Shown here piece after piece: positions 1 through 7,998 of a stretch of DNA of 26,621 nucleotides (positions within the stretch are counted from its first letter, which is position 1; each line of letters begins with the position of its first letter). This stretch comes from Myxococcota bacterium (lineage in GTDB: Bacteria > Myxococcota_A > UBA9160 > UBA4427), in NCBI GenBank assembly GCA_036336835.1, contig JAYZFK010000085.1, positions 1 to 26,621 on the forward strand, in the 5' to 3' direction. The notes under the pieces were generated by a model, which searched no databases, was not told where the DNA came from, and saw nothing but the letters and a program-made list of their open reading frames with translations. A program made the position numbers and the translations under genes.

Positions 1-722
1 AGAAGGTGGCCGATCTCGACCGTCTGTGCGACGAGGTCGGCCTGGACACGATCGAGACCGGTGCCGCGATCGCCATCTTGATGGATTCGGGTGGACTGGA
101 GTGGGGTGACGCCGAGGGCGCGGCCGGCCTAATCGAGCAGATCGCCGAGGGCACCGAGCTCGGCAAGGCGGTCGGCAACGGCGCCGTCTCGATCGGCAAG
201 CACCGGGGCCACGCGCGCGTGCCGCACGGTCACGGGCAGGCGATCCCGGCCTGGGATCCGCGGCCGCTGAAGGCCACGGGGATCACCTACGCCGCCGGCC
301 CGATGGGCGCCGATCACACGGCCGGGCTGATCGTCAACCCGGGTCTGGTCGACCCGACCGACCAAGCGCGCGCGAGCCAGGAAGCGCAGCTGGTGAACGC
401 CGTATGCGACTCGAGTGGCTTCTGCCAGTTCCTGCAGCCGACCCTCGACGACATTCGCGTCTACTACGGAATGCTCTACGGCGAGGAGATCACGCGCGAG
501 CAGATCGCCGACATGGGTTGGGAGACCCTGCAGGACGAGTGGGCGTTCAACGCGGCAGCCGGCTGGAAGGACGACGAGAACGGTCTGCCCGACTGCATGG
601 TGAACGAAGGCATCGGGCCGGAGAACTCGCTGAAGTTCGATGTCGATCTCGCCACCATCAATCTGTCCAAGCAGCGCTTCGACTCGCGCGAAGAGCTGTT
701 CGCGATGAAGGCTTCGGGTTAG
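1..722 (+). CDS. aor: Aldehyde:ferredoxin oxidoreductase family (tungstopterin enzyme), C-terminal part; 5' truncated by the window edge
   Basis: LCDEVGLDTIETG matches the AOR DxxG(L)D motif. AWDPRPLKATGITYA...GADH and DSSGFCQF are typical of AOR domains 2/3. The frame is open to the window start; TAG at 720-722. Confidence 0.9.
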   Translation, partial: KVADLDRLCDEVGLDTIETGAAIAILMDSGGLEWGDAEGAAGLIEQIAEGTELGKAVGNGAVSIGKHRGHARVPHGHGQAIPAWDPRPLKATGITYAAGPMGADHTAGLIVNPGLVDPTDQARASQEAQLVNAVCDSSGFCQFLQPTLDDIRVYYGMLYGEEITREQIADMGWETLQDEWAFNAAAGWKDDENGLPDCMVNEGIGPENSLKFDVDLATINLSKQRFDSREELFAMKASG

Positions 723-772
723 GACTCGGCTCGAGACCGGTCCCACCTGCTAGCTTCTGGCGCGGTGATATG

Positions 773-811
773 ACGGACAGGGGGGCGGCGCTCTCCTGTC
801 CGTTTGCTTTT
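773..811 (+). terminator. Rho-independent terminator after aor
   Basis: 14-bp stem ACGGACAGGGGGGC (773-786) / GCTCTCCTGTCCGT (790-803) with two G-U pairs and a 3-nt loop, followed by TTGCTTTT. Confidence 0.75.
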
Positions 812-835
812 CGAGCTTGCGAGGGTCGAGTTCGC

Positions 836-2077
836 ATGGCCGATGTACGGATGAAGGGATTCGCCGAGCGAGCAGACGTCGAGGTCGTCGAGCGCTTCCT
901 GGCGGATCGCGCCCGCGCGCTTCCGAGTGCGCCGGTGCCGCTCGTCGAGTGCATCGGCCGCGTGCTCGCCGAGGACGTGACCGCTGCGGTCGACGTGCCC
1001 GGCTTCCGGCGCTCGGCGATGGACGGCTATGCCGTGCGAGGCGAGGACACCTTTGGTGCCTCGGACTACGATCCGATCTCGCTCGAGCTGGTTGGCCTTT
1101 CGTTGCCGGGCAACCCGTTCGATGGGCGTGTCGAGGCGCGTCAGGCGGTGCGCATCATGACCGGGGCACCTGTGCCCGATGGTGCGGATGCCGTCGTGAT
1201 GGCCGAGGTGTGCGACGAGGTCGACGCTGTCGTTCGCGTGCGCGACGCAGTCGCACCACAGAAGAACCTGGGTGAGATCGGCGAGGACGTGCGCGCGGGA
1301 GATCTGTTGCTGCGCCGAGGTCGAGTGCTGCGCCCGCAGGACGCGGGCGTGCTGGCTTCGGTCGGTCGCGGCCAGGTTGCGTGCGTGCGCCGCCCCCGCG
1401 TCCGGCTGGTCATCACGGGCGACGAGCTGTTGCCCGCCGGGAGCCAGCCGCGCGGCGCGCACATCGTGGACAGCAACTCGCTGGTATTGCGCGGACTCGT
1501 CGAGCGCGACGGCGCCGAGCTGCTGCCGTTCGAGATCCTGCCGGACGTGCCCGAGCGGATCGCGCAGGCCATGTGCGATGCCGAGGCCGACGCGGTGCTC
1601 GTCTCGGGCGGAAGCTCCGTCGGCCAGGAGGATCACGCCCCGCAGCTGCTCGAGCAGCTCGGCACTCTCGACTATCACGGAGTGTCGATGCGCCCGTCCA
1701 GTCCGGCGGGTGTCGGTCGCATCGAGGGACGCTTCGTGTTCCTGCTGCCCGGCAATCCGGTGAGCTGCCTGTGCGCCTATGAGTTCTTCGCCGGTCCGGT
1801 GGTGCGGGCGCTCGGCGGTCGTTCGCGTGCCTGGCCGCACCGTCGCCTTCACCTGCCGTTATCGCGCAAGATCGTCTCCGCGATCGGCCGTACCGACTAC
1901 GTGCGCGTTGCGGTCGAGCACGGGCGCGCGGTTCCGCTGGCTACGTCGGGGGCGTCGATCCTGTCGTCGACGGTACGGGCTACGGGCTGCGTGATCGTGC
2001 CGCGCGAGCACGAGGGCGCTTCGGAGGGAAGCGAGGTCGAGGTCCTGCTATACGACGACGCGGAGTGGTCGGGGTGA
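836..2077 (+). CDS. moeA: Molybdopterin molybdo/tungstotransferase MoeA (gephyrin-like), 413 aa
   Basis: GRVLAEDV..VDVPGFRRSAMDGYAV, IMTGAPVPDGADAVV, ITGDEL, SGGSSVG, LPGNPVS. ATG at 836 chosen; the upstream extension of the 404 ORF runs through aor and the terminator. Confidence 0.93.
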   Translation: MADVRMKGFAERADVEVVERFLADRARALPSAPVPLVECIGRVLAEDVTAAVDVPGFRRSAMDGYAVRGEDTFGASDYDPISLELVGLSLPGNPFDGRVEARQAVRIMTGAPVPDGADAVVMAEVCDEVDAVVRVRDAVAPQKNLGEIGEDVRAGDLLLRRGRVLRPQDAGVLASVGRGQVACVRRPRVRLVITGDELLPAGSQPRGAHIVDSNSLVLRGLVERDGAELLPFEILPDVPERIAQAMCDAEADAVLVSGGSSVGQEDHAPQLLEQLGTLDYHGVSMRPSSPAGVGRIEGRFVFLLPGNPVSCLCAYEFFAGPVVRALGGRSRAWPHRRLHLPLSRKIVSAIGRTDYVRVAVEHGRAVPLATSGASILSSTVRATGCVIVPREHEGASEGSEVEVLLYDDAEWSG

Positions 2078-2141
2078 AGCAGAGCCAGTTCAAGCTTTGC
2101 GGCGATGGTGAGGAGCAGAGGGCGTGAAGCAGAGCCAGTTC
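2074..2141 (+). repeat. 18-bp perfect direct repeat GTGAAGCAGAGCCAGTTC at 2074-2091 and 2124-2141
   Basis: Read directly from the sequence. Copy 1 overlaps the moeA stop (GTGA); copy 2 is the first six codons of the moeA-PBP gene. Confidence 0.95.
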
Positions 2142-4019
2142 CTCGAGGTGATCGACCGCGACGAGGCGGAGCGGCGCTGGTGCGCGGTGATCGACACCGC
2201 GATGCTCGGGTCGGAAGTCGTTGCGTTGTCGGAGGCTCTTGGCCGCGTGCTGGCCGAGGACGTGCGGGCCGAGGTCGATGTCCCCGGCTTCGACCGCTCG
2301 AACATGGACGGCTTTGCGGTGCGCGCCGCCGACACGTTTGGCGCCTCCGAGGAGCAGCCGATCCGGTTGGCGCTCAACCGCGAGGTCATCACCACCGGAA
2401 TGGCGCCCGAGCAGGAAGTCGGCGCCGGAAGCGCAACTACGATCGCGACGGGCGGCATGCTGCCGCGCGGCGCGGACGCCGTGGTACCGGTCGAGCACAC
2501 CGACCTCGAAGACGAGCAGGCCACTGTCGTGGTGCGTCACTCGAGGGTACCGGGAGCCGCAGTCTCATTTGCGGGTACGGATATGGGGCGGGGCGAGACG
2601 GTGCTATTCGCCGGTACACGCCTGACCTCGCGTGAGACAGGTGTGTTGGCGGCAATTGGTTGCGACGAGCCCGCGGTCGTGCGCCGACCGCGCGTTGCGA
2701 TCCTGTCGACCGGTGACGAGATCGTTCAGCCGGATGAGGCAATGCGGCCAGGGCTGGTCTACGACAGCAACGGTCGCATTCTGGCGGACGCGGTGAGCGA
2801 GCTCGGTGGCGAGCCCTGGTTCCTGGGCGCTTTTCGGGACGACAAGGCCGCACTGCGCGAGGCGCTGCGAACGGCGGTCGCGGCGGCGGACATAGTGTTG
2901 CTCTCGGGCGGTACCTCGAAGGGAGAAGGGGATCTCAACGCCAGCGTGGTGGGGGAGCTCGAGCCGGGCATCATCGTCCACGGGGTGGCGCTCAAGCCGG
3001 GCAAGCCGATCTGTCTGGCCGCCCAGAGTACGCGCCCCGTGGTGGTCCTACCGGGCTTCCCGACCTCTGCGATCTTCACGTTCCACGAGTTCGTCGCGCC
3101 GGTGATTCGCAGTATGGCCGGACTCACTGCAGAGCGGCACGAGACCGTCACGGCGAGGCTCGCGCTGCGCGCCATCTCCGAGCGGGGTCGACTGGAGTAC
3201 CTGCTGGTCGGACTCGTTCGCCGCAGCGACGGCGGGCTTGCGGCCTATCCGATGGGCAAGGGCAGTGGAAGCGTCACGTCGTTCAGTCGCGCGGACGGCT
3301 TCGTTCGCATCGGGCGCAACACGGAGCGCGTCGAAGCCGACGACGAGGTCGAGGTGACGCTGATCGGTCGCGAGGTGCCGATCGCCGACCTGGTGGTGAT
3401 CGGCAGCCATTGTGCGGGGCTCGATTTGATCGCAAGCGCGCTTTCGCGCGAGGGCTTGCGTGTGAAGCTGATGGCCGTCGGAAGCCAGGGCGGCCTCGAC
3501 GCAGCAAGCCGCGGCGAGTGTGACGCGGCACCGATGCACCTGCTCGATCCGGAGACAGGCGTCTACAACGAGCCCTTCCTGGGCGAGGGACTCCGGTTGC
3601 TACGTGGCTACGTGCGCATGCAGGGGGTCGTCACGCGTCCCGACGAGACGCGCGACGCGCCGGAGCTCGTGGCGGACGAGTCGTTGCGCATGGTGAACCG
3701 CAACCGCGGCGCCGGCACGCGGGTGCTGATCGATGAGCTGCTCGGGGAGCGACGGCCGGCCGGCTACGCCCACGAGCCCCGCTCGCACTATGCCGTGGCG
3801 GCGGCCGTGGCACAGAAGCGCGCGGACTGGGGGATCACGATCGAGACGATCGCCGAGCAGGCGGGCCTGCGCTTTCGGCCGCTGCGCGCGGAGCGCTACG
3901 ACTTCGCGATTCCGCAGGCGCGCTGGGACCAGCCGGCCGTGGTGGCGTTGCGGCGGCTGCTCGAGCCCGGCGGCACGCTGCGTGCCGAGCTCGCGCGCCT
4001 CGGCTTCCGAGACGACTGA
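2124..4019 (+). CDS. moeA: MoeA fused to a C-terminal periplasmic-binding-protein/LysR-substrate-like domain, 631 aa
   Basis: VDVPGFDRSNMDGFAV, STGDE, SGGTSKG, LPGFPTS. The C-terminal region has GSHC, VGSQGGL, MVNRNRGAGTR and ERYDF (PBP-like). SD AGGAG at 2111-2115. Confidence 0.92.
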   Translation: MKQSQFLEVIDRDEAERRWCAVIDTAMLGSEVVALSEALGRVLAEDVRAEVDVPGFDRSNMDGFAVRAADTFGASEEQPIRLALNREVITTGMAPEQEVGAGSATTIATGGMLPRGADAVVPVEHTDLEDEQATVVVRHSRVPGAAVSFAGTDMGRGETVLFAGTRLTSRETGVLAAIGCDEPAVVRRPRVAILSTGDEIVQPDEAMRPGLVYDSNGRILADAVSELGGEPWFLGAFRDDKAALREALRTAVAAADIVLLSGGTSKGEGDLNASVVGELEPGIIVHGVALKPGKPICLAAQSTRPVVVLPGFPTSAIFTFHEFVAPVIRSMAGLTAERHETVTARLALRAISERGRLEYLLVGLVRRSDGGLAAYPMGKGSGSVTSFSRADGFVRIGRNTERVEADDEVEVTLIGREVPIADLVVIGSHCAGLDLIASALSREGLRVKLMAVGSQGGLDAASRGECDAAPMHLLDPETGVYNEPFLGEGLRLLRGYVRMQGVVTRPDETRDAPELVADESLRMVNRNRGAGTRVLIDELLGERRPAGYAHEPRSHYAVAAAVAQKRADWGITIETIAEQAGLRFRPLRAERYDFAIPQARWDQPAVVALRRLLEPGGTLRAELARLGFRDD

Positions 4020-4370
4020 GACGATCGCTCCGGCGTCCGAGGTCGGCGGGGTCGGCCCAGCAGCTTCCCGCGGAGCGCTGTGCGGGGTCGCAGAGCGCTG
4101 TCCGATTGCTCGATTGCCGGCGCTCCAGCCGCGCGATAGGCTTCGCGAGACTATGAAAACCGCGTTTCCAGCTGCCCCCAGCGGCCCACCGAGCCGCCTC
4201 GCGGGCGCCCGCCACGGTCGATCCGTGTCCAGCCGAAGATCTCGCCAGGCCAGCGCTTCACCCCGGCGGTCGGGGCGCCGATGTCGTTGGAGTGCCCAGC
4301 GAGCGCACACGATGATCCTCGACGGGTGCAGGAACACTCGCTCTAGGCCGGCGCACGGGGGAGTCCTCGG

Positions 4371-5639
4371 GTGGAGCTAGTCGGATCCATTCTGCTGATC
4401 GCTGGCTGTCTTGCGGCGTCTGCTTTCTTCTCAGGGAGCGAGACGGCGCTCTTCCGGCTGCGCGCGCACGATCTCGAAGAGGACCTCGAGGCGGCGAAGG
4501 GCCCCGGGGCGGTCGCGGTGCAGGACCTGATCCGGTCGACCTCGCGGCTGCTCGTCACGATCCTGCTCGGTAACAACGTGGTCAACATTCTGGGTGCATC
4601 GGTCGCTGCCGCGCTCTCGATCCAGCTGCTCGGCCCCGAACTCGGCATTCCCGTGTCCACGATCCTGATGACGTTCCTGGTGCTGATCTTCTGCGAGGTG
4701 CTGCCCAAGGCGATCGCGGCGCGGCACCCGCGGCGTGTGTCGCTTGCCGTCGGGCTCCCGCTGTATCTGCTGCACCAGATCCTGCGGCCGATCCACGCCG
4801 TCTTCGACTACGGAATCGAGCCTCTCGTTCGCCGGATCACGGGCGGCGCCGCGGACGGCGAGGATTCGCTGTCGCCGGAGGACGTGCTGCGTCTGGCGCG
4901 TCAGGTGCGCGACGACTCCGACGAGAACTCGACCCCGCTCGCGATCATCGGGGCCACCTCCGCCGCAGCCGACATGACGGTCGAGGAGATCATGGTGCCC
5001 CGCACCGAGATCACCGCTCACCCGCTCGATACGCCGGCCTCCGAGCTGCTCGAGGAGCTGCTCGAGGATCGCTACACGCGAGTGCTGATCTACAAGGAGA
5101 CGATCGACGATATCCAGGGACTCGTGCACCTGAAGGATCTGATCTCGTTGGTTCGTTCTGGTGGCTCCGATGTCCAGGCGATCCTGAAGCCGGTGCTGCG
5201 CGTCCCCGAGCGCAAGCCAATCCTGCCGCTGCTGACCGACATGCAGCGCGCGCTGTGTCACATGGCCGTGGTGAAGGACGAGTTCGGTGTGACGCGCGGG
5301 CTGGTCACTCAGGAGGACATCCTCGAGGAGATCGTCGGCGAGATTCGCGACGAGTTCGATACCGAGGAGCTGCTCGAGATCCGGCGCGTCGTGGACGGCG
5401 GCTACGAGGTGATGGGGCGCGTCAGCGTGCTCGACTTCAATCGCGAGAGCGGATGGCACGTCGAGGCGGAGCGCGGTGATACGCTCGGCGGCTTGATCTT
5501 CAACACGCTGGGCAGGGCCCCTCGACGCGGTGAGTCGGTGCGCGTTGGACAGTACGATCTGAGGGTAGTCGACGTTTCGGGAAGCCGGATTGCGCGCGTG
5601 CGCGTGCAGGTCGTGCCCGAGACCGCTGCAACCGCTTGA
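4371..5639 (+). CDS. CNNM/CorB (HlyC/CorC, 'hemolysin') family membrane protein: DUF21 + 2 CBS + CorC domain; likely Mg2+/Co2+ transport
   Basis: SAFFSGSETALF, LLGNNVVN, FCEVLPK, IMVPRTEI, VKDEFGVTRGLVTQEDILEEIVGEIRDEFD, TLGGLIF. SD GGGGGAG upstream of GTG. Confidence 0.92.
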   Translation: MELVGSILLIAGCLAASAFFSGSETALFRLRAHDLEEDLEAAKGPGAVAVQDLIRSTSRLLVTILLGNNVVNILGASVAAALSIQLLGPELGIPVSTILMTFLVLIFCEVLPKAIAARHPRRVSLAVGLPLYLLHQILRPIHAVFDYGIEPLVRRITGGAADGEDSLSPEDVLRLARQVRDDSDENSTPLAIIGATSAAADMTVEEIMVPRTEITAHPLDTPASELLEELLEDRYTRVLIYKETIDDIQGLVHLKDLISLVRSGGSDVQAILKPVLRVPERKPILPLLTDMQRALCHMAVVKDEFGVTRGLVTQEDILEEIVGEIRDEFDTEELLEIRRVVDGGYEVMGRVSVLDFNRESGWHVEAERGDTLGGLIFNTLGRAPRRGESVRVGQYDLRVVDVSGSRIARVRVQVVPETAATA

Positions 5640-6094
5640 CCCCGGAGCAACTCGTCGTGAGACTCATCATGGTCGGAGTCACGGCGTCGTGCGTGGCCGT
5701 TGTCGTCGCGGCGCTACTGGTTCCGCAGGGCCACGTGGTCACGCTGAACGTCCTTGACCGCGAGGGCCACTCGCATCCCACGCAGCTGTGGATCGTCGAG
5801 ATCGACGGCCTCAGCTACCTGCGCGCCGGCGCACCCGACACGCGGTGGCTCGCGCGTCTGCGAGAGCGTCCCGAGGTGACGCTGGACGGGAGTCGCCTCG
5901 GCGACGACCCGACGTCGTATTGCGCGACACCGATCGATGACGATCCGGTCGCGCGGGCGCTCGTCGGCGAGGCGATGAGGGCCGAGTACGGCTGGGCGGA
6001 TTCGTTCTGGGGCTGGATCTCCGATCGTACGCGCAGTGTTCCGATCCGACTAGGCCCTCCCGTCGACAAATGTCGCGCGGAGTCATCGTCGTAG
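5636..6094 (+). CDS. Hypothetical protein with N-terminal TM anchor and a split-barrel (FDOR/DUF2255-like) domain
   Basis: TTG start overlaps the upstream stop (TTGA). VVTL..LDREG..H.TQLWIVEIDG..YLRAG....WLARLRERPEVTL resembles the flavin/deazaflavin split-barrel pattern. Exact start is uncertain. Confidence 0.6.
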   Translation: MTPEQLVVRLIMVGVTASCVAVVVAALLVPQGHVVTLNVLDREGHSHPTQLWIVEIDGLSYLRAGAPDTRWLARLRERPEVTLDGSRLGDDPTSYCATPIDDDPVARALVGEAMRAEYGWADSFWGWISDRTRSVPIRLGPPVDKCRAESSS

Positions 6095-7275
6095 CCTCGG
6101 CGGAGGCACACGTCGAGATCGAGCGGCTCGCTTCGGGAGGCGACGGGATCGGTCGGCTTGCCGATGGCTGCGCGATCTTCGTCCCCTTCTCGGCGCCCGG
6201 CGACCGGTTGCGTGTGCGAATCGTCGAGCGCAAGGCACACCACGCGCGCGGCGAGATCATCGAGATCGAGCGCCGCGGACCGGCTCGCCGAACCGCGCGC
6301 TGCGCTGTATTCGGTGTCTGCGGTGGCTGTGCCTGGCAGCACCTCGAGTACGAGGCTCAGCTCGAGGCGAAGAGCGCGATCCTGCTCGATGCGCTCGAAC
6401 GGATCGGCCGGCTGTCGCCGCCCGATCTGGTTTCCCTGCACGGCTCACCCGATGAATTCGGCTATCGAACGCGGGCTCGGGTCGTGGTGGCGGGCGGGCG
6501 AGTCGGGTTTCGACGCGTCCGGTCGCACCAGATCCAGCCGATCGAGACTTGCCCGGTGCTGGCGCCGGAGGTCGATGCCTTGCTCGACGAGGCGGCGAGC
6601 ATCGGGGTGCAGTTGGGGACTCCTGCCGAGATCGAGCTCAGTGCCGGTACTGGGGGACCGGCGCGTGCCACACGGGTGGGAGATGACGCAGCGGTGGGCT
6701 CGGTCGAGCTTGCGGTTGCAGGCGATCGCCTGCGAGTCTCGCCTGGAGTGTTCGCGCAGGCGAACCGTTCGCTACTCGCGCTGCTCAGAGCAGCGGTGCT
6801 GCGCTCCGCCGGCGAAGGGCGGCGGGTGGCCGAGCTGTTTGCGGGTGGCGGGCTGTTCACGCTCGGGCTCGCGCGTCGGTTCGAGCGCGTGCTGGCGGTC
6901 GAGGCGCAGCAGCGTGCCACCGACGACCTGGCCTTCAACCTCGAGCAGGCGGGGCTTCGCGGAGGCGTCGAGATCTGGACGCAGCCGGTCGAGCGGGCGC
7001 TCACCCAGCTGGCGGACTTCGAGCCCGAGGTGGTGGTCCTCGATCCGCCTCGTTCCGGGCTCGAGCGGCTGGCCTGCGAGCGGCTGGGCCGCCTGGGAGC
7101 CGGGCGCATCGTCTACCTCTCGTGTGACCCCGCGACCCTGGCGCGCGACCTGCGTTGGCTCTGCGAATCGGGCTATGAGATCGAGCATCTGGAGGGATTC
7201 GATCTGTTCCCGCAGACCCATCACGTCGAGGCCCTGGCGGTTCTGACAATCAGTGGCGGGCAGCCCGGGGGGTGA
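6070..7275 (+). CDS. rlmD: TRAM-domain 23S rRNA (uracil-C5)-methyltransferase, RlmD/TrmA family
   Basis: TRAM N-terminus (IERLASGGDGIG..IFVPFSAPGD), CAVFGVCGGC Fe-S motif, ELFAGGGLF, VLDPPRSG, YLSCDPATLARDL, FDLFPQTHHVE. Confidence 0.88.
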   Translation: MSRGVIVVASAEAHVEIERLASGGDGIGRLADGCAIFVPFSAPGDRLRVRIVERKAHHARGEIIEIERRGPARRTARCAVFGVCGGCAWQHLEYEAQLEAKSAILLDALERIGRLSPPDLVSLHGSPDEFGYRTRARVVVAGGRVGFRRVRSHQIQPIETCPVLAPEVDALLDEAASIGVQLGTPAEIELSAGTGGPARATRVGDDAAVGSVELAVAGDRLRVSPGVFAQANRSLLALLRAAVLRSAGEGRRVAELFAGGGLFTLGLARRFERVLAVEAQQRATDDLAFNLEQAGLRGGVEIWTQPVERALTQLADFEPEVVVLDPPRSGLERLACERLGRLGAGRIVYLSCDPATLARDLRWLCESGYEIEHLEGFDLFPQTHHVEALAVLTISGGQPGG

Positions 7276-7320
7276 GGTAAACCCGCCCTGGCGCGTCGGT
7301 GGTGCTCCGCGGGCGTTCGA

Positions 7321-7998
7321 GTGGCCCAGCCCGCACCGGCGCGGGAAGCGAGAGGCATAGTGGTGGAGTCGCAGCGCTCGAACGGCGGCTGCTCGCCCTT
7401 CTTCCTCTACGTCGAGGGAGCGCGAGACCAGGAGATCCTCCGCAGCTGGGCGCGTCGGCTGTCGCGACCGCTGGAGCGCGCGATCGACGAATCGAGCGTG
7501 ATCATGGGAGGGCGCCAGCCCGCCCGCGCCATCGAGCTGTTCCGGCGCGAGGCGCAGCGATCGGTTTCGGCGCGCGGTCTGTGCGTGCTCGACCGGGATG
7601 ACGGCGAGCTGCTGCTCGACGATTCGGTGCCCGGCCTCGAGTTCTTCACCTGGCCGCGCCGTCACATCGAGAGCTACCTGCTGGTGGCCACTGCGATCTG
7701 GCGCTACGCACATCGCGGTGCCGCTCTCGAACGTATCGAGCAGCTGCTGCGCGACGACGGACGCAGCCCGGAGCAGACGCACGCCAAGACGTTGCTGGCA
7801 CCGAAGGGCCGCCTGGCCCAGGAGCTCGGTCGCTCGATCTCGGCCGCCGGAGTGGCCCGGGCCATGCGGAGCGACGAGATTCACCCAGACGTCCACGCCC
7901 TCTTCGACCGGGTCTACGAGGCCACTGGCCTCCGCCGCCCCGCCCCGGTCGTCGTCCACCGCCGTGCCCAGGCGCGGGATCCCTCGCGGCGTCGCTAG
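7321..7998 (+). CDS. Hypothetical protein with a TOPRIM-like (OLD-family/DUF4435-like) motif set
   Basis: LYVEGARDQEIL, CVLDRDD (DxD), WPRRHIESYLL. The start may be GTG 7360 or 7363 instead. Confidence 0.6.
   Translation: MAQPAPAREARGIVVESQRSNGGCSPFFLYVEGARDQEILRSWARRLSRPLERAIDESSVIMGGRQPARAIELFRREAQRSVSARGLCVLDRDDGELLLDDSVPGLEFFTWPRRHIESYLLVATAIWRYAHRGAALERIEQLLRDDGRSPEQTHAKTLLAPKGRLAQELGRSISAAGVARAMRSDEIHPDVHALFDRVYEATGLRRPAPVVVHRRAQARDPSRRR

Noticed and set aside
404..835. Long N-terminal extensions in the ORF track (moeA from 404; also the 10618, 13216, 20996, 9404, 16652 and 25286 starts)
   Set aside because: They overlap neighbouring genes or terminators and have low-complexity Arg-rich sequence. 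Family motifs and SD or -10 signals indicate later starts, so these are not fusions.
2074..2141. 18-bp repeat with a 32-nt spacer read as a mini-CRISPR or IS target duplication
   Set aside because: Only two copies, the repeat equals a gene start, and there are no cas or transposase genes or terminal inverted repeats.
4356..4370. GGGGAGT upstream of the CNNM gene as a yybP-ykoY riboswitch fragment
   Set aside because: Its position fits the Shine-Dalgarno, and the other riboswitch elements were not recognisable.
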